A DNA stretch of 64,000 nucleotides from Lytechinus pictus (taxonomy: Eukaryota). Positions 1 to 14,011 of the stretch are shown one piece after another; positions within the stretch are counted from its first letter, which is position 1, and each line of letters starts with the position of its first letter. The stretch is from assembly GCF_037042905.1 (NCBI RefSeq), contig NC_087249.1:7752001-7816000 (forward strand), written 5' to 3'. A program made the position numbers and the translations under genes. Below the pieces are notes generated by a model, which saw nothing but the letters and a program-made list of their open reading frames with translations, made no database searches and was not told the DNA's origin.

Positions 1-370
1 TGCATTCCTCAGGTGAGAGTTCTTCAAGACTGAATGCTGTTGGCAGGTGGGACCCTCCGACTGCAGACGTGATGGTGAAGCAAGCCATATCATTGGGAGA
101 TGAAGCAGCAAAGTCCAACTCCAAGAGAACATCATGGAAGTCGCTCAGAAGCGCTTCATCCTCGTCATTCTCGTCGTCGTTCTCCTCCTCCTCCTTCACA
201 GGCGCGTCAAGGCGTGGGAGGGCATCATCGAATAGGGAGAGTTGAGGCAGGGATCTGGGTGATGAGGAGGCAATTGCTTCGGGAATGTTCTCTTGCTCGA
301 TCATGGCTTCTTGTTCGCGTACATCTTGACGATGCGATGCCACTCGAGACGTATTATCAAATAGAATCAT
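1..370 (-). CDS. Acidic, probably disordered coding segment running off the window start; likely an alternative first or large exon of the host gene
   Basis: The minus frame from ATG at 370 is open to base 1: MILFDNTSRVASHRQDVREQEAMIEQENIPEAIASSSPRSLPQLSLFDDALPRLDAPVKEEEENDDENDEDEALLSDFHDVLLELDF...EELSPEEC. There is an in-frame TAA just upstream (~425), and a second ATG at 304 has GCCATG context. It is absent from the ORF track, probably because no stop falls inside the window. Confidence 0.6.
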   Translation of the reverse strand, partial: MILFDNTSRVASHRQDVREQEAMIEQENIPEAIASSSPRSLPQLSLFDDALPRLDAPVKEEEENDDENDEDEALLSDFHDVLLELDFAASSPNDMACFTITSAVGGSHLPTAFSLEELSPEEC

Positions 371-3300
371 CCAAGGGCACGCACTTGACGTACTCACTCC
401 TGTAATTATTTGCGACGTTGAGAATTATAAATCCATATAATATAGCTAAATGGGCTAGTCTTTATGGGAAAAATTGTTTGTTTGCAATGTCAAAATACAA
501 TACTGTGTATTCACTCAGGACTGTCTTGGAGTAGAGAATCACTATGATGATTTCGTTTCTGTTACAGCAGTTAAAGAAATGTGTCATAGATCCACAACTT
601 AATCCACAACATGATATCTGTGACAGAAAACAACTTTCCCCAGACTTTGTGAAAAAACAGCACAAGAATTCCCTCACTTTGAACGCGATAGCTTCTTTGT
701 AACCGAATCAATGCTCCGTGTACAAGTTAAGAATATGGCCTGATCGACTCATAGATCCGCTTGAACTCGGGTCGAATGCTATGCTACGTTGCCAATTTAC
801 TGTTGGAAGTGAATCGTTAGCACCCTATGACAGTTGGCATGACGTGATTCGTGCACCAGCTGATTATAGGAAAAGAGCGTAATTAAACATTCTTGCTCAC
901 AAAGTTCAGTTGGCAACAACGTTTCCCATAGTGCAAAGTGAGTCTTCTATATCTCTCGGATAAATCTTACAGTTTATACACAGTGTACATGTACTCTATA
1001 AAGCATGAAATAATGCAACACTTCCAATCTCATAGTTTGAAGTGACAACTTTCAAGCTCGAATACTGCCTAATACAACACTTCCTACTTGAACATGTACT
1101 TGCCAGTGCACAGCAGCATACAGAGATTAAACTCCTTTGTTTTCATTCGATCCGACCATCCTCTTGAGATGTTATTAGTCAGTGCCACTGAAAGTGAATT
1201 TCAGTCCACCGGGCCACCGCAACCGGCTTACTGCTGGTTATGCTGGCTTCATGCAATTACACTACTGGGTTATTATGGAGTGATTGTTTTCCACGCAGCT
1301 AGAGCTCACATAAGAATCCATTTAGCACAGCGTACGGATAATTGCCAAGGCTCTTTATAACATGATAATCTATGCTGCAGGATGTCATTCTATACTGCTC
1401 ATGTATTATTTAGAGCTCATTTTGTCTTATCATTGTTTCCTATATGGAGCAGAAATAAATGCAGGCGGATATCACAGCAATTTTCACCCCTTTTTCAGAG
1501 GCCAATAAACCTTTACCCCTGATACTCTTAATATTGCTTCTATGACAATTTCGGATTCCTAATGGCTGGCTCAGCCAAGATATTTCCAAAATAGTCTCCC
1601 TCACTCATGCAAAGTGAGCATATATCACTCTGACATTTGACAACACTAAAGAGAGAGAGAGGAGAGCGTATGTGAGAGCTGAGTCTAGGCAATGTTATCA
1701 GACGACTCCCAGCTTGTATCAAAAATAAAGAGCACACATTCCTAGCCCTGCAGATCGGGTGAAGACTGGAATTAAATCCCAGAGATTAATGAACGATACA
1801 TTTGTGATCACATGACGTGTAATTCACTTTCTCCCAGAATATGGATATATAGACTAGACATGCAGGAAACAGATGATTATTGTCTCAATCAACATAAAAC
1901 AATCCTTTAGTCACACCAAATGATGAAAGTGACCTCCCAATCAATGTTTAGCAATCGAAATAGAGTCCACAAACTTCTCCAACATTGCTCTTGGCATACT
2001 CCATTTTCATATCCATTCCATTCATATCTGATCTTAGTATTAAAATTTCTTGCGTCTTCAAGTTACAAAAAATTACCCGCTCTGCTCATCACAGCTAACG
2101 AGTATCTTCCCTTTTTGTAGTTGATGCTACTGTCACTGCTACATATTCCAACAAAACTGATCGAGTGTGGAAAATAAAGAGCTAAATCCACTTTAGTATT
2201 TCGTCCTTGAATGGAATGTAAGTCCTGTGGAATTGATTTAATGGAGATTAAACTGCTTAGTCCTTTAAGCTCAGTCCACATAATCTCTAAATCCATTTCA
2301 TGCATTACAAAATGCACGCAATAATAGAGTAGCCAACGGTTACTTGAATGAATTAGAAAGTAGTCCACAATACAACTCCATCAGTAAATTGAAGATATCA
2401 AAATGTGTAGGGGGCCTATGTCTATATCTCACTGCTCAAAGCCATCCAATAAACGATATGACGTTACCAATTACACTCTTTCACTTTATAGTTAATATGA
2501 TCTCTGTCGTTCCAATGGCGAGCTCAGTTCATAAAAGCTTTACATCCCCTCCATGTATCTCACTTTGGAATTAAGTGATGAGCCGAGGCATTGGCCATCA
2601 AAAGTAACCTGGAATGAAATTACTGCAGGCTGGTTCGAGTGGGCTGGACCCCGGCCAGGGTTCCCCGGGAATTGATCAGCTGCCAATCAATCAGCTGAGA
2701 GCCCAACGAAACAAGCCACACAATCAATCAACTTCAGACATTTTGGCAGGCATGGCTGTATCCTCTCTCTCCACTCATACTGTAATAACAGGCAACGATG
2801 ATGATGATGACCTCGTTGACAATACAACAAACCCAATATCAGAAATTCTTCCTATTACAGTTGATATCTACATTCAGCTTTTGATGAGTGAGATGTGTAG
2901 CAACAGCTTGAAAGCATCTATCTCTCACTGTATCGATGCAGTATAAACACGCAGGTCACAAGCACAGGTAAATGAAAATGGAGGCTTATGAGCAGTGTAT
3001 ATCACTCGCGGACTGCTCCAAATACATAAATGCATGCCATGAGCAGAGAAGAGCAAGGTTTATTAGAAATAGAATCAATCTCCCCTCGGCTGTGTAAAAA
3101 TTCATGCAATAGATTCCAAGATGCTCTGCTCTTTCTTGGGGCATCACCCGGCACTTGGCGACATATCTATGATATCTCCCAGGAAGTGAGTCTAGGGCCA
3201 CGCTTCCTACGCTGAATGTAAACACAGATTCCTCTTGACCTGATGACATCCAGTGCAATACGTGCATTGCAGGGGGGGGGGGTATGACAGTTCACACTCC

Positions 3301-4202
3301 AGACAAAAACGTTGATTGCCCTACCTGCCTGGGTTAGAATGATGTGGGCGATCACGCAAATGCACAATCATGCATCGCAAAACGCCAATGAGCGAGCCAA
3401 AATGGCCACTCCAAATTACTCACAAATGCACACGATCGCCGCTGGCGAGGACTGTGAATGTGATGAGAGAGGGGGAGAGAGAGGAAGGCAAAACAGCCTC
3501 TTCCAACGATGACGGGGGCATGCATCCCGCACCATTCCCAGGGTGCAGTGCAATTCTGCAATTTGCATCAGCGTGTAATCAAGAATATGCTCCAGTGTGT
3601 TTAGCTATGCAAGCTTTGGAAAGCTGCGCGATCACTGGAGCATAGCCAGCTTCATCCCCGTCACCTCCAGGCAGGAGGTTTGGGTCCACGTTGGATGCCA
3701 TCTCATCTATTCCATCTGCCGACCCTCAAATCTTTCATAATTTATGAGAGCTCTGCTCGGCCACTCAGCATTGATGTTCATCAGTTGAGCTTAGCAGATG
3801 TAAAGCTGTTTAGGATATGGTCAATCCCATGGTAACGGACGATACATTACATCCAAAGAACAATTCATCTCGCATGACCGGCCTGATCCCAAGGGATAGC
3901 ATCTAAACTTACATGGGCATGAGATAATCAAATTAATACCGGCTTTCTGATTTTAATCGTATTTTTCTACTCCCGGATATTAAACTCCTATAGAGTCGTT
4001 GAATTCTTAGGCATAAACAAATGTGAATTGCTGGTATAGAGTCATCTCCATTCCTGAACTGAAGTATGACTTACAGATTAAAAAAATCATATCTTTTTTC
4101 TGCATTAGAAGAAATCTCATAATAATATAATCCAATATATAATCTAATAACAAAAAAAAAAATAATGATGATGATAATAACAGTAATAATATTAATACTT
4201 AT

Positions 4203-5925
4203 GGCCATGTGTTTTATGTTGAGCCCGCAAATAGGTTGTATCGTTACATTTGCACAAGCATAGAAATGATTAATGGTATAAAACTCAAAATACATGTGCT
4301 ACATGGGTATATTTGGTATCACATCAAAGGGAATCTTTATACCAATTACTTGAAAGAAAAAGAAATACCTGATATTATTTCATTTTCCAGTAATTAGCAA
4401 TTATGTATAAACATCAATTGGCCATTTGTGTATGGTGGTAGACGAGGGGAGCATAAATTTTTATTTCATTAAGAAACTCAATATGTAACATTACAGTACC
4501 TAATTATGTAATAGTTTTGGGGCTCACTGGCTTAATCTTTAATCATAAGTGGGTCAAATTTGAACTTTTAAGTTTAAAGGATACCTAATTAAGCTAATTA
4601 GTATAATTAATTGATGTAAATCATGAAATTAACACGATTGAAATTGTGGCTGTCTGATGTATAGAAAATGAGGAGATAAAATATAGTTGTAGGTTACACC
4701 TTCAATAAAATTTAGAAGCTGCAAAAATTTCAAAAGGAAAAGCACAAACTAATTAACGACTTCAGAGATAAATTAATTTATTGTTAATTATGACCCCATG
4801 GTTTCAATTTTGACAGTGTAGACTGACAGTGATGACTTTGATGTGTCTGAATCTTCAGATTATTCTGGTAACATAACAGAAAGCCAGTACTCAGTACACC
4901 TTTTATGCAATTTTGATTGCTGAAAACTTGATAGTGGCAATAAAGCCCTCATCTGACGCTATTTACTCTTTTTTTCTTAATGTTACATCACACTGCATCT
5001 AATGTATGAATCAGTAGATGACACATATTTTTGTGGCACAAAAATGTTCAGAGAATATTTTTCCAAATTATCAAAAAACTACAATGTACTTGAGAACGAA
5101 ACTGATGCAAAGATTACACTAAACAGAGGCAATTGTACCCATAGAATGTGTTTTGTGCATTCCAGTAACAAGAGACCATTTCCTGCAGAATGTCGAGCAA
5201 GAGGATACATGTTGTTTTTGTTCACACTAAGTTTAAATAAGCTAAAGCAGTTATGAGAAGTTTTCATTGTGCATTCATATTTTTCCTATATTTATGTTAA
5301 ACCTGACTCAGTTGTCAACCTTTGGTCCACCAGTCTTTGAGCCAAGAATGACAAATCCCACAATATGAGTCAAATTAAATTATTTTTTATTCATAATAAC
5401 CACAGTAAATATAGTATAATATACTGGTTAATGTTTGCAAGTGTTTTTATGCAACTAAAGGCAAGACTACATAATATTTTTGGGGTAAATCAAGCATTGT
5501 TGCATATTTACCCGAAAAATTATGATGTGAAATTTTGTCTTAAAAGATGATCGTGCAAAATTATTTTGGTAAGAGTTATTCCTAACAAGTTATATATCAG
5601 TGGAAAGGTCTGACTCTAAAGAGTTGAAATATGCAAGTTACTTTCCTGTACGGTGTAAAAATTTTCTGATTCTAAGATTTATTGGGAAGTACATTTTTTC
5701 CACAGTTTTCCACATATTTTTTAACCTTTAACTTTTTATGACATTACCCTATGCCTTTTCTGATTGCATTTTTGAATTCCTCAGACAATTTCCTTTCAGA
5801 ATATATATACTTTTATGGGTATAGGTTGTCAAACATAAGAAAAAAATGCAATTGTATGAAACGGTGCAATTTTGGAGGAAAATTTGAGTTGTAACGGAAA
5901 TGGGCCCAACTCAAAACGCATGGCC
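4203..5925. mobile_element. ~1.7-kb non-autonomous DNA transposon, PIF/Harbinger-like termini
   Basis: Imperfect TIR: GGCCATGTGTTTTATGTTGAGCCC (4203) versus reverse complement of the right end, GGCCATGCGTTTTGAGTTGGGCCC (5925). Flanks are TAT and TAA, both in (AAT)n-like repeat. No long ORF. Confidence 0.55.
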
Positions 5926-6012
5926 TAATAATAATAATCATAATAATAATAATAATGATAATAATAGTAATAAAAATAATGATAATAACAATTATAATGA
6001 TAGTAATAATAA
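5926..6012. repeat. Degenerate (AAT)n microsatellite
   Basis: taataataataatcataataataataataatg... read directly. Confidence 0.9.
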
Positions 6013-7126
6013 AAACAGACATAAGTCATAATAATTATATAGGTTATTTGTATATTGTTTGTATTGTTGGGTGCACGATGAGCTCCTATATTTTGTATCC
6101 CTGCTCATCTAGGCTACCAATTGTATCAGCAATGAAAACATAAATGTATTTGCCAGTATCAGACATTTCATCTTTCAATTCCTGACTCTCCTAACCAAAA
6201 TTTACATAACTTATCATATTCATTATTCAATACAAGTCCCACTCTAATATACAGTTTCATTTGGGATTCAATCCGAAACCTCACAAGACAAAGATTTTTT
6301 TACACTTTGTTTATTATTACCATGAATGTATGTTGTTTGTTTATTTTGAATTATTTTCTGTGGATATGAAAATACTAAATTGAATTTCAATTCAAATATA
6401 GATTTAAATCTAAAATATTTGAATTTGAATTTGAATTTAAACTTGAACGTGAATTCGATTTTGAATTTGAACCTTGGTTGGAAAGGCTAGTTAGTAGTAC
6501 GATTAAACTTGCAATTCATCTCTTTAGAGCAATTAGGGCGTTAATCATGCAATAAAAGCCAATCGCCCTCTAGCTCTGGACATAATTTTTTCATTACATT
6601 GATCGAGGAACAAAATGCAATACAATTCATCCATTGATATCATCAATATTTTGCAACCAACCTGCGGAATCATTTCATTTTATTACAACCAATCAAGCAA
6701 AGACGAGAGTTACATGTAATTATTAAAGTGCTTCACACAGCACAGAGATAGAGTGAATGCTGGATATGAATAATAAAACATACCATACTCTAATGATAAG
6801 CAGAACAACGTTGACTAATAACAAAATCATTTTTGATCCGCAAAAAGTGATCCCTAGATTGCCTTTCAAAATTCATTGACAATCCTTTGTTGATGAAAGA
6901 AATTACTTTTTGATTCGCAACAAGTGATCCCTAAATTATTCACCAACATAACTGATGGTGCTGCATTGAGTGCATTCAAAATTCAGCTTTTGTTGGATGA
7001 AAGAAATTGTCAACAAAAACATGTAACCTTCTGAATAAAACTAGCAGTATTATTGCATCTGTAAGGTGTCCTCTCTAAAAATGTGAAATTTCCCATCAAA
7101 TCCAGAGTCCTATGAAGGCTAACAAA

Positions 7127-7324
7127 GTACCCCGGCAGGAGCCAAGCCGCCACATGCTCCCAAGTATTTGAGAAATGTCTTCCTACCGGGTACCCATTCA
7201 CCTTACCTGGGTCGAGTGCAGCACAATATGGGTAAAAATCTTGCTGATGGAAAATACGCCATGGTTGGGAATCGAACCCACTTCACTTAGAAGAGAGTCG
7301 TAACCACTAGACCACAAAGCCCCC
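7127..7324 (-). mobile_element. tRNA-derived SINE
   Basis: Minus strand has an A-box-like TGGTCTAGTGG and B-box GGTTCGATTCCC. The core CTGCACTCGACCCAGG...AATGGGTACCCGGTAGGA is shared with other copies in the window. Confidence 0.8.
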
Positions 7325-8670
7325 ACAGATGAAAGATGAAAGTTAAGTATACGGGAACTGAATTTAATTCGGAAATAAATTCCCATTATTTTAATCTTTG
7401 AAATCACTTTTTTTTTCAGGGTAGGAATAGGGTATAACTTAATATTTCAATACACTGAGGCCCTGATTCTTAAAGAGTAAATTTGCCATTTTGGTAAATA
7501 ATTACCATGGTAACAGGGCTCAGCAGCCAATTACAATATTGGTTTCCATGGTAGTTAACAATAATTACACCAAAATGTTAAGCGCAGTAGAGTATATTAA
7601 CATAGAAGCTGTGCTATATAAATGGTCCGGATTATTATAATTATTATCTTTCAATACTAGCTGGCTTGAACCATTCAGTTCTAGAAATCCTGACAAAATT
7701 TCATTACTTTTTGTCACAAAAAAGCATTCCTATATTGATTAACAATGACAGGTTTCGAATCTAATCGACTCCAATAAGAGACATTTCCCTTGATGAAATA
7801 AGATGGCGGCAATCATTTGCAGCTGTTTAAACACTCTGGTGTTAACAACATCCCCGTCAAGCCTCTCATTATGTCAAGAGAACATTGTGTGCACAACCCA
7901 TGGTTATTCTTATGATGCAGATAATATCACAAAATTCTATACTTTACTGACCATGAATTTGTCTCATTTTTACTGTCTAAAGAGTGAATGAATATTGACT
8001 AGCACTTCCCTCCCATCGGTAGAATGTGAACAGTGATGTAACAGATCACTCAATTTGGAGTGAATTAGAGGGAAACGTAATTACAAAAACAAATTTCACA
8101 CAAATTTCACTCGTAAAAAAGGGTGAAATTCAGTCAAAAACAGGCAAAAGCCTCTCTTAATCCTGTGAAATTTATTCACTTCTTGAGTATAATTATTCAC
8201 TCAATTTTTTTAAAGAGAGAGTACATGGAAAACATTCCTTTCCAGAATTTTAAATTTTATCTGATAAAGGGGATTTTGATAACTTTAATAAGCTTCTCAG
8301 CTGGTCTCTCTTTTCATTTCACCCCTTTCTTTTTTTTAACATACACATGAATACTCATACTTTCAAGAATGTTAAGTTTTATAAACTGATGATATAAGTA
8401 TCGTATTTTGTTCATATAATTTACATTACCCAATTTTTGCAAATGTAAGGTCCTTACTTTTGTTCATTTTTGTTTGTAATTGTATTTATGTATTTGTACT
8501 TATGTATTTTTGATTTGTATGTGAAATATGGAAAGAAAAGAAATGAAATAAATCAATAAATCAATAAAGGCTGTGTGGGTAAGACTCCTTTTACAGATGT
8601 TTGAAAGGAAAAAGAATGTTATAAATTGATAGTTCCCAACTTCTTGAAACTTCATGGAGGCAATTTATTA

Positions 8671-8896
8671 CACACTTAAAATGTTGGGCAACATAGTGTC
8701 CACTGTGTTGGGTAATGTATGTTGGTAAAAATATATATATCATGGTCAATTATTATCCAATTGAGTAAATTTATTACCCAATTATCAGTTTTTATTACCC
8801 AATTTGGGCAGATTTTAACCAATAGTTGTGTGGACAGTATGTTGCCCAGGGTTGGTTAAAAGTTGGGCACTTTTTTGCCCAACTATTTTAAGAGTG
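8671..8896. mobile_element. Palindromic MITE with TA target duplication (Tc1/mariner type)
   Basis: TA|CACACTTAAAATGTTGGGCAA ... TTGCCCAACTATTTTAAGAGTG|TA, with internal inverted symmetry. Confidence 0.75.
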
Positions 8897-9411
8897 TAAA
8901 ATAAATGATGGTGGAGCAGAAGGTTTTTTTTATAATACTTTCATTTATATTTTTTGTAACACTGCCTACAAGACGAGTTCTCAAAATATACTTCATCCCC
9001 GTGTTTGCTCTCATACCAACAGGAATACAGAATGATGTCAAAGCAGAGCAGCACGCATCCTATACCTCTACAAACACATTTCCACTTTTGCAGCTTCGAC
9101 TTGCTGTTGGTTTAACGAGCAGCTGACACGGGCAACAAAATACAATTTCAATAAAAATGAAGATGAATCTCGCAGCAGATTCCACATCAGGTAGCACATG
9201 CAATGTCTTTATAATTTCTCATTATCCTCTTTCCCATGATGGTTAGGTAGGCTTTCATCTTGTTTGGTATATATCAAGCTTTGAACTCTGCTTCTATTTT
9301 CATTAGATTTCTTTTTAGAATTTGAAGCACGAGGGACAAGATGGATTGTGCTGATAAAAGAGCGAGTTCATGACAGTGTATGCCTGTATGGATTGCCAGA
9401 TGAAATAGTAA

Positions 9412-10252
9412 TATGCTTTTCACACTGCATTTCCTTATAACCCCATACTATCCTTAACCTCGGACTATCCTTCACCCCTTTATTGTCTTTTTTTTTTTTT
9501 TCAGACTGTCTTTCTTAACCTCATACTATTTGCTTAGCAGGGGTTAACGCCTTTAAGGGGAATGAAACATTTGGAACGAGTAGGCTTGTGTCGAAACAGA
9601 AAAATCAAAGAATATAAAGAACAAAGAAAGTTTGAGAAAAATCGGACAAATAATGAGAAAGTTATGAGCATTTGTATATTTCAATCACTAATGCTACGGA
9701 GATCCTCCCATTGGCAATGCGACAAGGATGCGTGTTGTCACATGTGAACAACTTTCCCTTTGATGGACTATAAAATACCCCCAAAATGTCTCTTTTCTTA
9801 TGGTGATACAAACTCTTTATCCATGATGTATTCTTTAAAAGTCTGTATTACATGCCCTCCTATAGAAAGAACACATGATCTACTGATAGATGTGATAAAA
9901 GAGGCAGTTTAAGTCTAATATATACTAAAGTAATGGGAAAGTTGTTCACAAGTGACATCACACATCTTTTTTGCATTGCCAATGTGAGGATTTCGATAGC
10001 ATTTAGCGATCACAATATTCAAATGCTTATAACTTTCTCATTATTTGTCTGATTTTTCTCAAAATTTTGTTGATCTGTTTCTTTGATTTTTCTGTTTTCA
10101 CACAAGCGATCTTGTTCCAAAGGTTTCATTATAATACGGACGCGATAGTACCTTACCATTTACCGTGCTAGCACACTTTGGTAAAACAGTGTGAAACCGA
10201 AGTGGGCTATTAAGCTTAACCCCGGGAAAATGTATGTAGTGTGAAAAGCATA
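9412..10252. mobile_element. MITE interrupted by a second MITE
   Basis: Terminal IR TATGCTTTTCACACTGCAT / ATGTAGTGTGAAAAGCATA. Confidence 0.65.
9557..10130. mobile_element. Long-TIR foldback MITE after TTAA (Kolobok-like), right tip truncated
   Basis: TTAA|GGGGAATGAAACATTTGGAAC... with >150 bp of inverted similarity ending ...GTTCCAAAGGTTTCATT. Confidence 0.7.
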
Positions 10253-11175
10253 TAAGCATGGACCCTACATGATATAAGATACCTTTTCCCATGAAAGATT
10301 CATGAACTTAGGTAGGAAGACAGGTAGATTGCTGGTCACAATACGTCTTATTGCTTCTAGATCTAGGGATGCTTGCATTTCTGAAAAAGCACCTGGGATG
10401 AAAGCTTAAAGTTTCAATAAAACATGCAGGTGCACTCTAAATTTCAAGGACTTTAAAAGGAAATCCAGATTCGATGGTGAATTGCGACCAGCTGGACAAT
10501 AGATTTGGATGTAAACTTAGAGGATTAGAATCTAAATGATAAAGGATTTTAATATAAATCTTTGGAGATTAAATGTGAATCTTTGGATCAAAAATGAATC
10601 CGATACTAAAATCCCTGAAATTAAGAGCGTAACTAATTTCTAAGGAACATGGGCAAAATTTTGCCTCAAGGGAGGAGGGGAGGATGGTTTGGTAAATATG
10701 GTTGGCTGCAATTCTGCAAAGCTTCATGACTGTTTTGAGTTTTTCATATTATTTCTTTTGAACTTGAACATGAATGGAATGAATTAAATCTAATGCTAAG
10801 GCCCAAAATGAAAAAGTTTAATTGGTGTTTCGCATTAGGCACTTTGATTCCATTCTATCATTTGACCAATTCTCAAAATACCCATGTAAATATGGAGCAG
10901 GGGGGGTATTTCATAAAGCTTGATTAGAAAAAAATTATGCCTGATGTTCTGCATGACTTGATGATGTTCTTGTTATAGTTACGATTCTTGAATAGGCCTA
11001 TGTTCATTTGGATTCCCATCAGCTTCAGTTGAAATCTGATCTTTATTGATTAAAATTCTTGTAACGAAACAAATATCTGAAATCAAGTAGCATTTATTAT
11101 CATTTTGTTAAAATTCTATCTGGTTTGTGGGAGATTTAGCCGCACTTCCTCACTATGAAAATATAAGAGAAATAT

Positions 11176-11666
11176 CCAGTGGGTGGGGGGGGGGGGTTAC
11201 TTAGTATAAATGTATGATAGGTATGTGCCACGGTTGAGACCCCCATTTTCAGGCTAAATTTCCATTTCAGAGCATCACCAATTTAGAAAGCCATAGAAAT
11301 TCTTATTTTTCCCGTTCCGGAGACCCTCAAATTTGTGATTTCTCGTCCAGTGCACGCCCATCATGAACTACTCAGCCGGCCGAATCGGTGAGCTCGTTTG
11401 GCGAAGAGCCACGCCGGCGCTTCCCCCGCCCACAGCTAGCTTGATATGAATCTAGCAAGACGCGCGCGTTTTTTTACAAAGCCGCTACCAATTACACCTA
11501 CGATCTGATGAGTTCTAGAGACCCCCTTTTTGATGTGGTCAGTTCCAGAGCATTGCATATTTAGCAATCATCGATCCAAGAGCCCTTCCGGAGACCCCTT
11601 GACCCCGGACTTTAATGCGGGACATAGGTATCATGTTATAATTCAAATACCCCCCCCCCCCCCCGG
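11176..11666. mobile_element. Non-autonomous element bounded by poly-G and poly-C ends
   Basis: CCAGTGGGTG(G)n TTACTT... at the left and ...AAATA(C)nGG at the right; GC-rich interior. Confidence 0.5.
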
Positions 11667-12628
11667 AAATATGGAATACACATGGGCATGCCATGAAAAA
11701 AGTCATGGGAGAAGTTGTGCATAACTTCCAAAATTCTTTACAATCAGCCCTCAGGCAGAACTTCCTTTCTAAATTGACTCAAAAGATGTCCCATAGACTA
11801 CAAGCGAACAATATTAAATTTACCGTCACACTTACAACAATTACATGACATCAAGACTATAAATAGGAAATGTGATAGAGCTTGCATCGGTAATTTCATC
11901 TTCTAATGCTTTGTAAATTGTTAACGCAAATATCGCGCAGGCCACGGCGCTGCGACAAAACAAGTAAAAATAGATACTTCAATAAAATCTGGCAGACTGG
12001 ATGGATAAATCAAAATATCCTCCCTCAGGCCATGCACACTTGAAAAACTTCCAAGCGCCTGAGCATCATGGCTGGTTGCTAGGAAACCATATCATCCGAT
12101 TGCCACTAGAACAGCCAGGTGATGGAGGAGATGCGGTTTGGAAAACAGAGAAACCATCAACAGTGAAAATGCAGCAATCAAAAGAGGATAAAGATGGATA
12201 TTTGGTGTTTTGTGGCCTTGCATTGCCTCACTTAGAAGTGGAAAACATATTGAGTTTCATCAGCTTCGAGCCAAGAGGCATTGACTCTTCATTGTAATAA
12301 TGATGATAATTGGAAAACAAAGGGGAGTGTAAAGAGAGAGGGAAGAGTATAATGAAAAAAAAAGGTGAAATAAGAATGAGGAAGACAGCCAAGAGAAAAG
12401 AGAAATTAAGAGGTATTACAGACCGAGAGAGAGGGGGTGGGGAGAAAGAAAACACAAAAATGAAAAAGATAGTAAAAGTGTGAGGTTTTTGTGTGTGTTT
12501 GAAAAAAGGAGAAAAGACAAATTATTAAAGAAAAACCAAAGATAAAGATGAAAAGGGTGTCTCAGAGAAAAGCAACTATGAGTGGGAGGATGCGTAGTAA
12601 AAGGTATTGGGAAAAGGGGCAGATCTAA

Positions 12629-13194
12629 TGCTGCGTTTATGCGAACTAAGCAAGAATCATGACTTGAATCGTGTTTTGATTCAAAAGCAAACATAAATCA
12701 CGGTAACTGCAGAATCAGGGTTTAGTCGACCCTCTATCCAACCCCGTTTCTACCTCATTTCGAGCCTAGCCAGTGCGCATCGTAGTGCACAGTTTGACCC
12801 AAGAATAAAAGGTCAAACTTCAATTTGGGTTTAATCGCAAAGGATACACAACATCGATTTTCAATACATGTGCACAACTTCTGTGTATAAAGAAAACGAA
12901 GAATACCACTGGCAGTGCGCAGTATAGCATGAACACAAACGTAGGCCGACACAATGACTTCATAGAATCATGATTCGAATCACTGTTACGTTTATTTAAC
13001 CTTTTTCGAAGGTGATTTTGATGAAACCTCTTTCCAAACACCCCTTTTTCTGTGTTTCATGTTTGTGATTTTAAAATTGAAACACGTTTAATTTCACTTT
13101 TTGACTAAACGCAACCGTGATTCTGTAGAAACATCTTCTGAATCATGATTAAAATCATGATTCTGGGGTGAAAAAGTGGCGCATGAACGTGCCC
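12629..13194. mobile_element. Harbinger-like MITE with TAA flanks and repeated AATCATGATT motifs
   Basis: TAA|TGCTGCGTTTATGCG ... CGCATGAACGTGCCC|TAA; several GAATCATGA-type copies inside. Confidence 0.55.
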
Positions 13195-13615
13195 TAAATT
13201 TCTCCCAATCCCCAGGGACTGCATTGGGAAAATAGAGCATCATTAAGGGTGCAGACATGGCACAGAGAGAGAGATGGGAATTGTTGTAATTCAAGAGGTG
13301 GGGGAGGGAATCAATTACTGGCACACTTTTCTGAATCGAAATGAGGTTGTGTAACAGACACTTTCCAGTTCCCTTCACCATCTGTGAATGATTGCGGATC
13401 AGATACTACCCTGGCTAGTCTCACTTCAAGGTGAAATCTTATTCAACCATTACATGAATATGAATAAAACCCATGGATGCAAGATACTAAGAACAGATAA
13501 ATTATGAAAAATTAAGCAGTAAGATATCTTTCGAGTTCGTTGTTGGAGGATAGAAATAGCGGAATGAGACTTATGTAAGGTATAGGTACTTTGCTCATCT
13601 ATCAATTAACACATA

Positions 13616-14011
13616 AGGTAAAAGAAAGGAGTTGCAGCTCACAATTATTTCATGAGAAAGTCTTCTAAATCAAGGTTAATTGTCATCATATTATCTTATA
13701 TCTAAATCTGGTACATTAATGTAAACTTATCTTTGTAAAATCATGAAATCTTCGCTCATAACCGATAATTCTGATGATCACTAACCCAGAAAAGCATATG
13801 TGGGACAGTGTATTAATATTGCTTGGAAAAGTACCCGACACTTGATGAAATTCCATGCTTATTTTTCTTGTTTCTCAGCAATTGCGCATTTTCCTCCAGA
13901 GCCATTTGGCACATATTTTTTTATCTGTACATGTACAAACACTTGGGTGGTAATTTTATTGGATTCTGTTCAAACTCATTTTGAGATTATTACCATTACT
14001 GGTATTTATCT
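13616..14011. mobile_element. Degenerate TTAA-type MITE
   Basis: Left end AGGTAAAAG..., right end ...CTGGTATTTATCT|TTAA. Confidence 0.4.

Noticed and set aside
100..405. 101-aa plus-strand ORF
   Set aside because: It is the antisense shadow of the more protein-like minus-strand frame at 370-1.
2600..3800. GC-richer stretch with several short ORFs
   Set aside because: The frames I read close early and I found no convincing splice-site pair; it may be regulatory, but I cannot support a call.
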